Below are positions 28,189-38,793 of a stretch of 64,000 nucleotides of DNA, piece after piece. Source of the stretch: an uncultured Chloroflexia bacterium (GTDB taxonomy: Bacteria; Chloroflexota; Dehalococcoidia; DSTF01; JALHUB01). The notes under the pieces were generated by a model that saw nothing but the letters and a program-made list of their open reading frames with translations, was not told the origin of the DNA and did no database searches. The stretch's first letter is position 1. Every line of letters starts with the position of its first letter. A program made the position numbers and the translations under genes. The DNA lies in the NCBI GenBank assembly GCA_963703345.1, contig OY969814.1, positions 1,024,001-1,088,000 on the forward strand, written 5' to 3'.

Positions 28189-30233
28189 CATTCATGCGCG
28201 GGAAGACAACGGGATCGGCCCGCCGCCAGGAGTCGGCCATGTCCGCATGCCGTCACGGCGCGAAGGAACGCGCTCCCACGAGGCGCAGGATGTCGGCAGG
28301 CGGTCTTGGGCTCATCGTCTTGGTCGCGTTGTTCCTGGCCCCGGGCAACGCTAACAGCGCCCTTGCTGCCTATTCCAGCACCCTGAGTTGGGACGTGTCC
28401 ATGACCGCCGCCGGCTCGCCGTGTCCCAATGACGGCGACAGCAACATCGATCCAGGCGAGTGTCCCAATGTGACCACCAGCTTCCAGATTCAACCTGCGG
28501 GCGGACCGGGCGGCAGCCAGTCGATGTTTGACAGGGCCAACGTCATCTGGACCACGGGGCCCCTTTCTGGGGATGGGAGCGATGTGACGGCGCCGCAAGA
28601 CGGCTTGGCCCCTAAGCGGGTCAATACGGTGGGCGCCAAGGTGGGCATGGTCAGCATTCAGATGCAGTCGAACATGTTCACGGGAACGTTGACCCAGAAC
28701 AACGTTGACGATGTCGCCAATGCAAGGGACCCTACTGTCGCGGGCCAACCCCCGCGCTGCGGGGCCGACATCAACGGCGATCACCTGGCAGACACGCTGT
28801 CACTCGCGGACTCCTTCGAGCTCTGGAACGCCGTATTCCGTCAGGATGGCAAGGACCCCATCATCGACTACTGGAACACGCAGGCGCCGGACCCCAACCA
28901 CCCCTACCCCCTCGGCTGTGATCCGACAGGTAAGATTGCCGGCCAAGCCTGCGCACCTCAGGGGGTAACCTATCTACCGAGGCCCATACTGGCCCTCGAG
29001 ACCGCCATGGGCTTGACGTCGGCTTCCAGGGTGAGTCGCGCCTACGGTATCGCCAAGCTTCCCATCGTCGGCGGCATCACCAGTAATCTCGACGTCAACT
29101 TCCTGGTCTACAGCCTGCATAACAAAGGGACAAACGGCTACTTGAGTGTCACCCTCATCCAGTATCCGGGCCTGCCCTCAGCAGATCCAACCAACGCGAA
29201 CTACAACCCGCTGTCGCAGAGCGTCCAGACCTGTCCTCCCTATTGGAGCTCGGCCACCGTCTACGGCGTCACTTCCAGCCCTGATTTCGATGAGGACGGA
29301 GTGTCTGACCTAGCCGTGACGTCGGAGATCAACCGCCTAGTTCAGCCGCAAACGGTGACGGGGAAGTCCTACGACTACTACATCGAGACCTCCATGGCCG
29401 CCGACTACGACGGCGATGGGATTCCCGCCTATGCCGACCGCTGTCGCACCGATCCCGCTTCGGGCAGCGCCACCAGCGACAGCGACGGCGACGGCCTATC
29501 GGGGACCTGCGACACGAACGGCCAGAACAACACTCCAGCGAGTGGGAGCTGGAAGAGTAAGCCGCCCTGGGACGACAACCAGGACGTGGACCATGACGGG
29601 ATCCTGAACTCTGTGGACAACTGCCCGACCGCCTGGAACCCCGACCAGAAGGACACAGACGGCGACAGCGTGGGGGATGCCTGTGACCCTGCCCCCACAA
29701 TCCCGGGCGACGGGCACGGCTACGCTAGCCCGGCCCCCGGCATGTTCGTCCGCTATGTCAACATCTGCCGGGATCCGTGGACTGTCGGCCAGCCTGAGCT
29801 GAGCGGCAGCGGCGACCCCGGTCGACAGTGCTTGAAACAAGACGGCGTGATCACGAACTGGCAGGACTCCAATAATGACGGCGTGCCCGACTACCTAGAC
29901 ATGAGATCCTTAACCCCACCCGGCCCCCTTCTGGCTGACTGCCACAGCGATAGCGACCACGACGGATTCGTGGATGCAATGGAGGCGGCGCCCACTAATG
30001 TGGAGCCCTGTCCGGCATTCGGGTTTGCCAAAGCCAGCGACCCACTCGATGCCTCCTCTCCAGGAGGTGGGGTAGCTGTTGGCGGGATAGCGGAGCCACC
30101 CGATGAATACGGCTCCAGCGCTGCGCAGTCGGGCGGACCGCCCCTGGGTGTCCTCACCATCGCGGTGCTGGCGGCGGGCGCACTCTTGTTCGCAGCCGGT
30201 GGGCAGTACAGCCGCAAACGCTGGCGCCGCTAA
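28185..30233 (+). CDS. Secreted/surface protein with thrombospondin type-3 Ca-binding repeats and C-terminal anchor
   Basis: [24 protein letters not shown] and DxDGDG motifs; VGGIAEPP-linker-TM-RKRWRR tail. Confidence 0.82.
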   Translation: MTFMRGKTTGSARRQESAMSACRHGAKERAPTRRRMSAGGLGLIVLVALFLAPGNANSALAAYSSTLSWDVSMTAAGSPCPNDGDSNIDPGECPNVTTSFQIQPAGGPGGSQSMFDRANVIWTTGPLSGDGSDVTAPQDGLAPKRVNTVGAKVGMVSIQMQSNMFTGTLTQNNVDDVANARDPTVAGQPPRCGADINGDHLADTLSLADSFELWNAVFRQDGKDPIIDYWNTQAPDPNHPYPLGCDPTGKIAGQACAPQGVTYLPRPILALETAMGLTSASRVSRAYGIAKLPIVGGITSNLDVNFLVYSLHNKGTNGYLSVTLIQYPGLPSADPTNANYNPLSQSVQTCPPYWSSATVYGVTSSPDFDEDGVSDLAVTSEINRLVQPQTVTGKSYDYYIETSMAADYDGDGIPAYADRCRTDPASGSATSDSDGDGLSGTCDTNGQNNTPASGSWKSKPPWDDNQDVDHDGILNSVDNCPTAWNPDQKDTDGDSVGDACDPAPTIPGDGHGYASPAPGMFVRYVNICRDPWTVGQPELSGSGDPGRQCLKQDGVITNWQDSNNDGVPDYLDMRSLTPPGPLLADCHSDSDHDGFVDAMEAAPTNVEPCPAFGFAKASDPLDASSPGGGVAVGGIAEPPDEYGSSAAQSGGPPLGVLTIAVLAAGALLFAAGGQYSRKRWRR

Positions 30234-30235
30234 GG

Positions 30236-30498
30236 ATTTCCCCGCTCAGGAAGACCAGAGCCGGGAAAGAACCATCTCGCAGCGAGCATCGCTTGTTCTC
30301 GAAGAAGTCCCCCTGTTCCTGTCTTCCCTTATGAGCAACGTGCCGTGTTCGACGACGGTGCGAGCGATCACCAATAGTGAGGCCTGGTTCATCGAGCGGG
30401 CGGATTTTGCAGATCTCGTGGAGCACTGCCCGGGGCTCTGGCGCAATCTGTGCCGCATATTGAGTCACAGGCTAGCTCAGACAAGTCACAGATTGGGC
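30236..30498 (+). pseudogene. Cyclic-nucleotide-binding domain remnant cut by the IS
   Basis: PCSTTVRAITNSEAWFIERADFADLVEHCP...LSHRL resembles the cNMP-binding C-terminal part; abuts the IS end. Confidence 0.55.
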
Positions 30499-31660
30499 TG
30501 TGGGGCCCAAGAATCTCATCCGTATCTACGCAAGTCAAGCGGCCACCCACTCGTACTCGTGATGGAGGCCACCAAGCACGGGCCGGGCAACGATGCGGCC
30601 GGAAGCGAGCCGGACGACAGGCCGGCCGTCGGGGGAGTCCAGCGCGAGCGCGCGATGGGGGCGCGCCGCATTGTAATGCGCGACGTACTCCGCCAGCAGC
30701 GCCCGCAGGTGCCGCTCGTTCACAACGATCAGGTGGTCCAGACACTCGCGCCGCAGCGTCCCGACGAGGCGCTCGGCGATCGCGTTCGCCTTCGGCGCCC
30801 GGACCGGCGTGAGCAGGGTTCGGATGCCGATGCTGGCGGCGCGCGGGATGAACGCGCCGCCGTAGCAGCGGTCGCGGTCGTGGATGAGGTAGCGCGGCTG
30901 CTCACCCCACGGCGTCGCCGCGATCAGCTGGCGCCAGACCCACTCGGCGGTCGGATGCGCGGTGACGTTCAGATGGATGATCCGCCGCCGGTCATGCGTA
31001 ATAAAGAAGAAGACGTACAGGGTGTGGAAGGTGACCGTCGGTGCGGTGAAAAAGTCGGCGGCCCAGATGTGCGGTGCATGATTGCGGAGGAAGGTGCGCC
31101 AAGACTGTGATGGCGGCCGCCGCAGGGCGGAGCGGCGGTAACAACGGACAGTTTCGGCGCTGACCTCGAAGCCCAGCTTTCGGAGCTCACCTTGAATCCG
31201 CACGCTCCCCCAGCGCGGGTTCTCGCGGGCGAGGCGCTGAATGAGCAGTCGAAGCTCAGGGGAGAGGCGTGGGCGGCCCGGCCCGCGGCGTCGGCTCTTC
31301 CAGGCCCAGTAGCGTCGCCAGCCGGTGCGGTGCCAGCGGACCACAGTGTCCGGCTGGACGATGACGAGCGCCGATCGCCAGCGAGGCCAGGCACGCGAGA
31401 GCCACGACCAGAACAGGCGGTCCGCCCTCGTGAGGCGCGGCCGTCGGGGCGAGCGCGTGAGCACCACGAGCTGCTGCCGCAGGGCGAGGTTCTCCAGGGT
31501 GACGTCGCACCGCGAGCGTACGGCGCTGCGCAGGAAGTGGCAGGCGAGCCAGAGGTAGGTGAACAAGGCGCGGCCTCCTTCAGGACGGATGCGGTAAGGC
31601 TCGCGCGGACGCCGTCTTGGGTCAATCAGTCAGATACGGATGAGATTCTTGGCCCTCACA
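30499..31660 (-). mobile_element. Complete insertion sequence (1162 bp, rve/DDE integrase-core transposase, TGT...ACA ends)
   Basis: 29-bp near-perfect TIRs TGTGGGGCCCAAGAATCTCATCCGTATCT / AGATACGGATGAGATTCTTGGCCCTCACA; no evident TSD. Confidence 0.9.
30535..31566 (-). CDS. Transposase (integrase core domain)
   Basis: ENPRWG..RIQGEL, AADFF, HDRD, ANAIAERLVGTLRRECLD and HYNAARPH motifs. Confidence 0.92.
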   Translation of the reverse strand: MFTYLWLACHFLRSAVRSRCDVTLENLALRQQLVVLTRSPRRPRLTRADRLFWSWLSRAWPRWRSALVIVQPDTVVRWHRTGWRRYWAWKSRRRGPGRPRLSPELRLLIQRLARENPRWGSVRIQGELRKLGFEVSAETVRCYRRSALRRPPSQSWRTFLRNHAPHIWAADFFTAPTVTFHTLYVFFFITHDRRRIIHLNVTAHPTAEWVWRQLIAATPWGEQPRYLIHDRDRCYGGAFIPRAASIGIRTLLTPVRAPKANAIAERLVGTLRRECLDHLIVVNERHLRALLAEYVAHYNAARPHRALALDSPDGRPVVRLASGRIVARPVLGGLHHEYEWVAA

Positions 31661-31713
31661 GGAAGGTGGGCTCGTTTTCGGGGGGCAGGTCAAGTGTCGG
31701 AACTGGAGGACGA

Positions 31714-33054
31714 CTAGGGAGTCTCGACGTACTGGGCGTCCCTCCCCACTTTGGGCTGCTTGTCGAAATCAGCGGGGGGATTCGGCGCGGTGCAGCTCTT
31801 GGTCAACTCGTAGCTGACGATGTCGCCGACGGCCACCCACTTGCCGTTCTCGACCTTGTTGATGACGAGTGCCTCGCTGATCTTGTGATCGGTTGGGCTT
31901 GTGCTCACCGGCGCAAAGCAGGTCGAGCACCAGAAGTCGCACGCCGACTCGGCAGCGTCAAGGAAGGTCTCGCGGGTGAGGTTCTTCCCGGCCATCTCCA
32001 GGTCCCATACGGTTGCCTCGGCCATAGCCATCCCGTACAGCTCGAAGTTGTTCATGGGCCCGCTGGCGCCGTTCTGGAACTTGTCCCAAATCTTCTCGTA
32101 CTTCTGAACACCGGGCACATCCGTGTTATACGCTTGATAGCCGAAGGTGGAGCTTATTATGCCCTCCGAGTTCTTTCCGGCCAGTGCCAGGAAGATATCG
32201 CTGGCGTTGATGGCGCTCACGACGATGGGAACTTGCCAGTTGAGAGTGTCGCGTGCGGTGGTGACGAGGCTGGCAGCCTGAGGCGGGATGGCGAAGACAG
32301 CAAGTATGTCGGCGCCGGCGTTCTTCAGCCGCTGAGTTTGGGCAGAGACATCAGACTGAACGACGTCGTACTTCTCCACGGCGACGATACTGACGTCGCT
32401 GCTCTCGATTCCCGCCCGCAGGCCCTTCTCGCCGTCCTGACCGAGCTCGTCGCTTTGCTCCAGGATGCCCAGCTTGGCGCCGGGGTAGGTCTTGGCTATC
32501 CACTGGCCGAGGAACGTGCCCTCGGTGATGTAGTCGGGATTGCCCGCAAAGCGGTTCTTGGAGAGGGGATTCGTCCACAAGTCCAGGCCTGTCGACAGAT
32601 ACATGTCGGGGATGCCCTTCTCCTCAAGATACTTGTACACCGCCGCATGAGTCTCCTCACCCAGGCCGCTGATGATGCCGAAGACTTTGTCCTGCTCCAC
32701 CAGCATCCGCACGACCTCAACGGTGTCCGGCGGGTTGTAGTGGTCGTCGGCGATGATGAAGTTGATCTTTCGACCGTAGACGCCGCCCTGGGCATTGATA
32801 TAGTCGAAGAAGGCTTTCATGCCGTAGGCGATGGGCGCGTAGACGGCGGCAGGATTCCCGCTGAGAGGATAGTGTGTGCCCAGCTTGATCTCCGTGTCGG
32901 ACACGCCCGTCGAATCGCCGGCACCTACGGGGGTGCCTCCAGGAGTAGTTGCGGCCTTCTCCTTGGCCCCTCCAGCGCAAGCGCTCGCCATCAGCACGAT
33001 GGCGATGAGGACCACGCTCAGCGCGGTCCAGCCCAGCTTCTTGAGCGATGACAT
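31714..33054 (-). CDS. ABC-type branched-chain-amino-acid-family (Liv-like) substrate-binding lipoprotein
   Basis: Lipobox-like ASAC, INAQGGVYGRKI and DDHYNP motifs; no permease nearby. Confidence 0.88.
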   Translation of the reverse strand: MSSLKKLGWTALSVVLIAIVLMASACAGGAKEKAATTPGGTPVGAGDSTGVSDTEIKLGTHYPLSGNPAAVYAPIAYGMKAFFDYINAQGGVYGRKINFIIADDHYNPPDTVEVVRMLVEQDKVFGIISGLGEETHAAVYKYLEEKGIPDMYLSTGLDLWTNPLSKNRFAGNPDYITEGTFLGQWIAKTYPGAKLGILEQSDELGQDGEKGLRAGIESSDVSIVAVEKYDVVQSDVSAQTQRLKNAGADILAVFAIPPQAASLVTTARDTLNWQVPIVVSAINASDIFLALAGKNSEGIISSTFGYQAYNTDVPGVQKYEKIWDKFQNGASGPMNNFELYGMAMAEATVWDLEMAGKNLTRETFLDAAESACDFWCSTCFAPVSTSPTDHKISEALVINKVENGKWVAVGDIVSYELTKSCTAPNPPADFDKQPKVGRDAQYVETP

Positions 33055-33368
33055 TGTTCACCCACTGGTGATGAATAAAGACCGCAGGCACCGGAGGGTC
33101 TCCGGTGATGCATGACAGAATACTAACATTATCAGTCTGTTACGGAGCGTGCAATTGGCTCTAGTTAGTCGATAGCTGAGCGACAAACCCTGCCACAGGT
33201 GGGCCAGTGTGACTGACGCGAAGTCTTGCCCAATCACCTGAATCCCTTTCAGGCGGTCGAGTACGGATCGAGAAGACCTGACAGTGTCGGGGCGCTTGGC
33301 GCTCAACGCCAGCTAACGGGTCCAACGAAATACGAGGCGGGCCGCGGCGCCGGCAACCAACAGTGTTC

Positions 33369-33700
33369 CTACCAGCGCCATCGCTCTCCGTAATCTCCCA
33401 AGTGTGGCTCTGTCCCCATCAGGCCAGTCCCGACTGTTGGTCCAGTGATGACAGGCCCGGGAATGTGCTCTGCCGTCGCGGCAGGGATTGATGTTGCCAC
33501 GACCGCAGGCTCGGGCACGGCGCCAGGTTGGTCCTCCATAGCTGAGAGGCCGTTGCCCAGCCCATCCGTGGCGTAGACGCGATCGGTCGTCGGGTTGGCC
33601 GCGACGGCACTGGGATGGTGGCCGAGAGGGACTGTGGCCACGATCGCGTTGGTAGCACCGTCTATCACCGAGACGCCGTCAAGAGAGTGAGAGCATGTGT
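33369..33700 (-). pseudogene. C-terminal remnant of a YVTN-repeat protein
   Basis: VSVIDGATNAIVATVPLGHHPSAVAANPTTDRVY; no credible start. Confidence 0.65.
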
Positions 33701-33702
33701 AA

Positions 33703-33958
33703 TGCGCTGTGATTGGCCTTCCCGACCCCATCTGGGGCGAAGAGGTGGTGGCCATCATCGTGCGCCAGCCCGGTGAGACACTAACCCCCGAGGAGGTGCA
33801 GGAGTTCTGCAAGGAGCGCCTGGCCCAGCTACAAGACGCCGCGCGAGGTGAGGTTCCGCGAGGAACTCCCTAAGATTCTCGCGGGCAAGGTGATCAAGAA
33901 GGCCCTAAGGGAAGAGCTGATGCAGGAGCGCGGAAAGGGGCAGAGTACTTCCACCTGA
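33703..33958 (+). pseudogene. Acyl-CoA synthetase C-terminal fragment, frameshifted
   Basis: AVIGLPDPIWGEEVVA...FCKERLA / YKTPREVRFREELPK..AGKVIKKAL. Confidence 0.8.
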
Positions 33959-33971
33959 CGTCGCTCCTCAG

Positions 33972-35174
33972 CTAACCCCGCGGCAGGTCGAGGCCCGCCC
34001 GCGCGATGATGTCACGCATGACCTCCGACGCACCGGCACCGATTGTCCCCTGCACGGCGTCAAGATAGCCGTGGGCGACGATGCCACCGAGCACCGTCCT
34101 CGCCGACGCCGGCAGGAGTCCGCCGTACAGTCCGACGACCTCCATTGCGACCGCTCCGAGTCGCTGCGTCATCTCGGTGTTGAACGCTTTGACCAGCGCC
34201 GCCTCGTAAGTCAGCGTACGGCCCTGACTGCGCAGCCACTGCGCCCGATACGTCAGCAGGCGCGCCACCTCGAACTCGACCGCCAGGTCGGCGAGGCGCT
34301 GGCGCAACGTTGTGTCTTTGCCAAGCGGCCGGCCGTCCTTCTGCACGCGCTTCGCGTACTCGAGGACCGACTCGAACAGGCGGCGCTGACTGCACCAGTG
34401 ATAGAGCGCCAGCCGCTCCGATGCCAGCGCCGACGTCACGATCTGCCATGCCCGGTTCTCCTCGCCCACCAGCCAGCGACGGGGCACGCGCACGTCCTCG
34501 AACGTCACTTCCGTGAACCAGCAAATATCCAACAGGTTAGGGAGAGAGCGAACGGAGACGCCGGGCACGTCCATCGGCGTCAGGAAGAGGGAGAGAGCCC
34601 GATGCCGGGGGGCATCGGGGTCGGTGCGCGCCAGCAGCCAGCAGTATTGAGAGACGTCGGCGCCGCTGGTGTAGACCTTCGCCCCGTTTATCACGTAGTC
34701 GTCGCCGTCGAGCACCGCCCGCGTCCGCAGCGACGCTAGGTCAGAGCCCGCTTCCGGCTCCGTGTAGCCGAGGCATACGTCGGCCTCGCCGCGTGCGATT
34801 CTTGGCAGGACCTCTTTCTTCAGCTCTTCGTTGCCCCAGGCCAGCAGTGTCGGCGCGATTATCGTCCGGCCCATGCTCTCCGCGCCGGGCACGTTGTGGT
34901 ACGCGAGCTCCTCATCGACGATCATCTGGTAGACCAGGGGCTTGCCGCCGCCGCCGTACTCGATAGGCCAGCTCAGAGCCAGCCAGCCCTTGGCTCCGAG
35001 CTTCAGCTCAGCCTCCCGCGACGGCATATAGCCCGGGACGTGCGGCTCCGGCGTGGGCAGGCTCGAACCGTCGGGGAGGGTGCCGGAGTGACGGTCGAGC
35101 GGGTACTCCCGGTCCAGGTATTCGCGAACCTCGCGCCTGAAGGCTTCTTCTTCCGGAGAAAACCTGAAGTCCAT
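33972..35174 (-). CDS. Acyl-CoA dehydrogenase
   Basis: GYTEPEAGSDLASLRT, INGAKVYTS and IGAGASEV motifs; start MDFRFS. Confidence 0.92.
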   Translation of the reverse strand: MDFRFSPEEEAFRREVREYLDREYPLDRHSGTLPDGSSLPTPEPHVPGYMPSREAELKLGAKGWLALSWPIEYGGGGKPLVYQMIVDEELAYHNVPGAESMGRTIIAPTLLAWGNEELKKEVLPRIARGEADVCLGYTEPEAGSDLASLRTRAVLDGDDYVINGAKVYTSGADVSQYCWLLARTDPDAPRHRALSLFLTPMDVPGVSVRSLPNLLDICWFTEVTFEDVRVPRRWLVGEENRAWQIVTSALASERLALYHWCSQRRLFESVLEYAKRVQKDGRPLGKDTTLRQRLADLAVEFEVARLLTYRAQWLRSQGRTLTYEAALVKAFNTEMTQRLGAVAMEVVGLYGGLLPASARTVLGGIVAHGYLDAVQGTIGAGASEVMRDIIARAGLDLPRG

Positions 35175-35197
35175 CGGCCGGCAATCCTTCCTGGATG

Positions 35198-35644
35198 CTA
35201 CCCGGTAGGCACGAACACCACGTCGTTCGGCGTCCAGTCCACCAGGCGGCGGAACTTGGCGCGCACGGGCATGCCGATGTAGACTTCCTCCGGTTTGCAT
35301 CCCGTCACGCGGGAGAGGAAGACGGTGTCGATCCCCTCAAGCTCGATGTAGGCGAGGACGAACGGCACGTCAGCCATGAAGGCCTCGGCGGCGAAGTGGA
35401 GAACCGAGAAGCTATGGACCTTGCCCGCCTGAGGCGCCTCGAACCATTCAGTCGGCTTACCGCAGACACCGCAGTCGCGTCGCGGCGGCAGCCACGTGCG
35501 CCCACAACTCGGGCAGCGGGTGGCCAGGAGCTTCCTCTTCTGTAGACCGAGGAAGAAATCGGTCACCTCGCCGTAGCTGTGGATCGAATCGATCTCGTAG
35601 TGGCGGCCCACCTGCAGCGGGTTCGTGTTGTAAACGTGCGTCAT
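35198..35644 (-). CDS. Zn-ribbon/OB-fold (DUF35) protein
   Basis: CPSCG...PPR..CGVC, adjacent to a thiolase-fold gene. Confidence 0.88.
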   Translation of the reverse strand: MTHVYNTNPLQVGRHYEIDSIHSYGEVTDFFLGLQKRKLLATRCPSCGRTWLPPRRDCGVCGKPTEWFEAPQAGKVHSFSVLHFAAEAFMADVPFVLAYIELEGIDTVFLSRVTGCKPEEVYIGMPVRAKFRRLVDWTPNDVVFVPTG

Positions 35645-35692
35645 AATGCGCCCCCTATCTTCGCAAACCTAAACGACAAGCCTTGTCCCGAC

Positions 35693-36976
35693 CTAGGCTC
35701 GTTCCAATATGTTCACGGCTATGTACGTGCCGGTACCGGCGTGGCTATGGATAAGGCCACGCTTGGCGTTCTCGACCTGGATCTTCGAGCCGTCTATTCC
35801 CGCCGCGGGGTCGCCGCAGTGCCGTGAAATTGAGCCCTGAAGTTGCCACAGTGCGAAGACGCCCTGCATGATGCCGGTGGCGCCCACGGGGTGGCCGCAG
35901 GCCAGCAGGCCTCCGGAGGGGTTGACCGGCAGCGTGCCGCCGACGTAAGGATGACCCTCCTCCACGAAGCGGCCTCCCTGCCCGTAAAGGGCAAAGCCCA
36001 TATCCTCGTAGGTCTGGAGTTCGCTGGAGGCGTAGGCATCGTGCACTTCTGCGAAGTCGATCTGCTCAAGCGGCCTGGTGATGTTCGCCTGCTGGTACGC
36101 CTGGCGTGCCGCCTCTCGCCCTCCGCGGAATGAGGCTACCCCTGGCCAGCGGCCGGCAAGGTAGTCGTATTTTCCGGGCTCGTCGCCGGGCAGGGGTATA
36201 ACATCACCGCGGGGCCTGTCGCCCAGCCGCATCGTGTCGGTGCCGCAACCCAGGCCAGCGATGACAACGTAGTCGCCATCCGGGCGCAACCGCTTCGCCC
36301 ACTCCTCCGTGCACAGTATCAGGCAGGCGGCGCCGTCGCTCATCACGCAGACCATCGGCCTGGTGAGCGGCGTGGCGATGATGGGTGCCTTAATGACCTC
36401 TTCGACTGTCCAGCGCTCGTGCTTCTGCGCCCAGCGGTTGTGGAAGGCGTTGTCGTAGTTCTTCACCGCGATCTTCGCCATTTGCTCCGACGTCGTGCCG
36501 AACTCGTGCATGTGGCGCTGGGCCATGTTCGCGTAGTAGCCGGAGTAGTAACCCCCCACGGGGAAGTCGAAGTCGGTATCCGAGGCAAGGGCGATGAACT
36601 CGTTGCCTTTCTCCGTGTTGACCTCGCTCATCTTCTCAAAGCCATAGACGAGGCAGACCTCGGAGAGGCCGGAGGCTATGTCCATGTAACCTGCCCGAAT
36701 TCCCAGGCCACCGGTGGCGCCGCCGCCCTCGATGCGCATGGACGGCTTCGGGCACATGGCAAGGTAGTCTTGAGTGAGAGAGTCGAACAGAAGCTGGCTG
36801 TTGAAGTGGTCGGAGAAGTAGGTGCAGATGGTAGTTTGGATATCCCGCAATTCGAGCCGTCCGTTGAGATCATTGAGGGCATAATCCAGGGCATCCTTAC
36901 ACATCGCTTCCTGGGTCAGCAGGTTCGCCTTAGCGAACTTGGTTATCCCGCCAGAGACAATGCAAACCCTTGACAT
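35693..36976 (-). CDS. SCP2-type thiolase-fold protein lacking the nucleophilic Cys
   Basis: EVHDAY and NPSGGLLACGHPVGATG motifs; EGGGATGG where thiolases have the Cys. Confidence 0.85.
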   Translation of the reverse strand: MSRVCIVSGGITKFAKANLLTQEAMCKDALDYALNDLNGRLELRDIQTTICTYFSDHFNSQLLFDSLTQDYLAMCPKPSMRIEGGGATGGLGIRAGYMDIASGLSEVCLVYGFEKMSEVNTEKGNEFIALASDTDFDFPVGGYYSGYYANMAQRHMHEFGTTSEQMAKIAVKNYDNAFHNRWAQKHERWTVEEVIKAPIIATPLTRPMVCVMSDGAACLILCTEEWAKRLRPDGDYVVIAGLGCGTDTMRLGDRPRGDVIPLPGDEPGKYDYLAGRWPGVASFRGGREAARQAYQQANITRPLEQIDFAEVHDAYASSELQTYEDMGFALYGQGGRFVEEGHPYVGGTLPVNPSGGLLACGHPVGATGIMQGVFALWQLQGSISRHCGDPAAGIDGSKIQVENAKRGLIHSHAGTGTYIAVNILERA

Positions 36977-37168
36977 AGCGGTATCGGTCTCCTTCCTTGA
37001 CTGGGTTGCCCCAGTTGAGCAAATAATAGCCCGCCAGTCTTCAAATGGGCTAGCGCTCGCGGCCTCATGCTACCGTGGCCGGGGCGATAGGCTCAACAGG
37101 TGGCGGATCGCGTCGCCCGATTGTCCTTCAGCAGTCTTGGGGCTGGCGTCAGCAGGAGACCCATCGCC

Positions 37169-37858
37169 ATGAAAAAGGTCTATGCCACCGCCGCGGAGGC
37201 GATTGCCGACGTTGATGACGGCGCCGTCATCATGTTCGGCGGCTTCTTCTCGAACGGCAGTCCCACCAACCTCATCCTGGCCCTTGCAGAGAGGGGCACC
37301 AAGAATATCACAGCCATGTCCAACAACATCGGTCTGGTAGACCGGCTGGACATCCTCTGCCAGAACAAGCAGTTGCGTAAGTTCATCGGCGCCTTCCCAT
37401 TCCGCGCCACTAGCCAGGGGCGCCCCCTTATCCAGGAGGCGTTCATGGCCAAAGAGGTCGAGGTGGAGATAGTGCCGATGGGTACATTCATAGAGCGGAT
37501 AAGGGCTGGCGGCGCCGGCATCGGCGGCTTCTACACGCCGACAGGCATTGGCACCGTGGTTGCGGAAGGCAAGGAAGAGAGGACCATAAACGGCGTGCGC
37601 TACCTGCTGGAGATGCCCCTCAAGGCCGACTTCGCCTTCATCAAGGCCTTCAAGGCCGACACAATGGGCAATCTGATCTACCGCGGGTCCATGCGGAACT
37701 TCAACCCGGTCATGGCCACCGCAGCCCGTATCACCATCGCTGACGTCGAGGAGATCGTGGAGGTGGGGGAACTGGACCCGGAAACAATCATTACCCCCGG
37801 CATCTTCGTGGATAGAATAGTGAAGGGGCCCAAACATGACCCAGATGGGTTTGACTAG
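37169..37858 (+). CDS. 3-oxoacid CoA-transferase subunit A
   Basis: MFGGF, PMGTFIERIRAGGAG and RNFNP motifs. Confidence 0.92.
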   Translation: MKKVYATAAEAIADVDDGAVIMFGGFFSNGSPTNLILALAERGTKNITAMSNNIGLVDRLDILCQNKQLRKFIGAFPFRATSQGRPLIQEAFMAKEVEVEIVPMGTFIERIRAGGAGIGGFYTPTGIGTVVAEGKEERTINGVRYLLEMPLKADFAFIKAFKADTMGNLIYRGSMRNFNPVMATAARITIADVEEIVEVGELDPETIITPGIFVDRIVKGPKHDPDGFD

Positions 37859-38504
37859 GGAGCAGATCGCGCGTAGGGTGGCGCGGGAGCTCCAGGACGG
37901 CATGATCGTGAACCTGGGCATCGGCATCCCAACGCTCGTGTCTGACTACACTCCCGACGGCGTCAACGTTATCTTTCAGGCGGAGAACGGCATCCTCGGC
38001 TACGGGCCCATCTCGGCCGATGAGAGCCGTATCGACTGGGACCGCATAAACGCCAGCGGCCAGCCCGTCACCCTCCTGCCGGGAGCCTGCTTCTTTCACA
38101 GCGCCGATTCCTTCACAATGATCCGGGGCGGCCACGTCGACCTCGCCGTTCTCGGCGGCCTCCAGGTGTCCGAGAAGGGCGACCTCGCCAACTGGATGGT
38201 GCCGTCGCGGGGAATGGGCAGCATAGGCGGCGCCATGGATCTCGCAGTGGGAGCCAAGCGGGTGGTCATCGCCATGGAGCACGCCACCAAGACGGGCGAG
38301 CCGCGCATTGTCATTGAATGCTCCTACCCGCTCACGGGCGCTAGCGTCGTCGACCTCATCGTCACCAACCTCGCGGTCATCCAGGTTACGCCGGCAGGCC
38401 TCCTGCTCAAGGAGCTAGCTCACGGCGTGAGCCCCGAGTACGTGCAGTCGCTCACGGAGCCGGTACTCATTCCCGCGCCGGATCTGCGGGAGATGGATCT
38501 GTAG
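37836..38504 (+). CDS. 3-oxoacid CoA-transferase subunit B
   Basis: VNLGIGIPT, AENG and GGAMDL motifs. Confidence 0.92.
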   Translation: MTQMGLTREQIARRVARELQDGMIVNLGIGIPTLVSDYTPDGVNVIFQAENGILGYGPISADESRIDWDRINASGQPVTLLPGACFFHSADSFTMIRGGHVDLAVLGGLQVSEKGDLANWMVPSRGMGSIGGAMDLAVGAKRVVIAMEHATKTGEPRIVIECSYPLTGASVVDLIVTNLAVIQVTPAGLLLKELAHGVSPEYVQSLTEPVLIPAPDLREMDL

Positions 38505-38659
38505 AGGCTGTGAGTAAGCCTGGGCAGGCCAATTCATTGGCGGCTGGTGCGCCTAAGGCGCATCACCCGCTGCCTGGAAAACAGATGGTCACCGATCTGC
38601 GGCACGAAAAGGCCGGGCTCAACGCCCGGCTTCCTATCTAGTGTACCGTGAGAAAACGT

Positions 38660-38705
38660 TGGAGCGGGAAACGGGACTCGAACCCGCGACCCTCTGTTTG
38701 GGAAG
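38660..38705 (-). tRNA. 3' half of tRNA-Gly(CCC), copy 3
   Basis: TGGAGCGGGAAACGGGACTCGAACCCGCGACCCTCTGTTTGGGAAG on the plus strand, with a hairpin at 38607-38632. Confidence 0.8.
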
Positions 38706-38793
38706 GATGGAGTCTTAACACCCACAGATAAGCCCCCATGCTCGGCTCACTTCAACACCACTACCAAGAACTTGCCTAGCGCCTCCGGCGAGG

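Noticed and set aside
31192-33051. 619-aa plus-strand ORF (also 50838-52070, 43324-44451, 6365-7606 and similar)
   Set aside because: Antisense shadows of well-supported genes in GC-rich DNA; no motifs.
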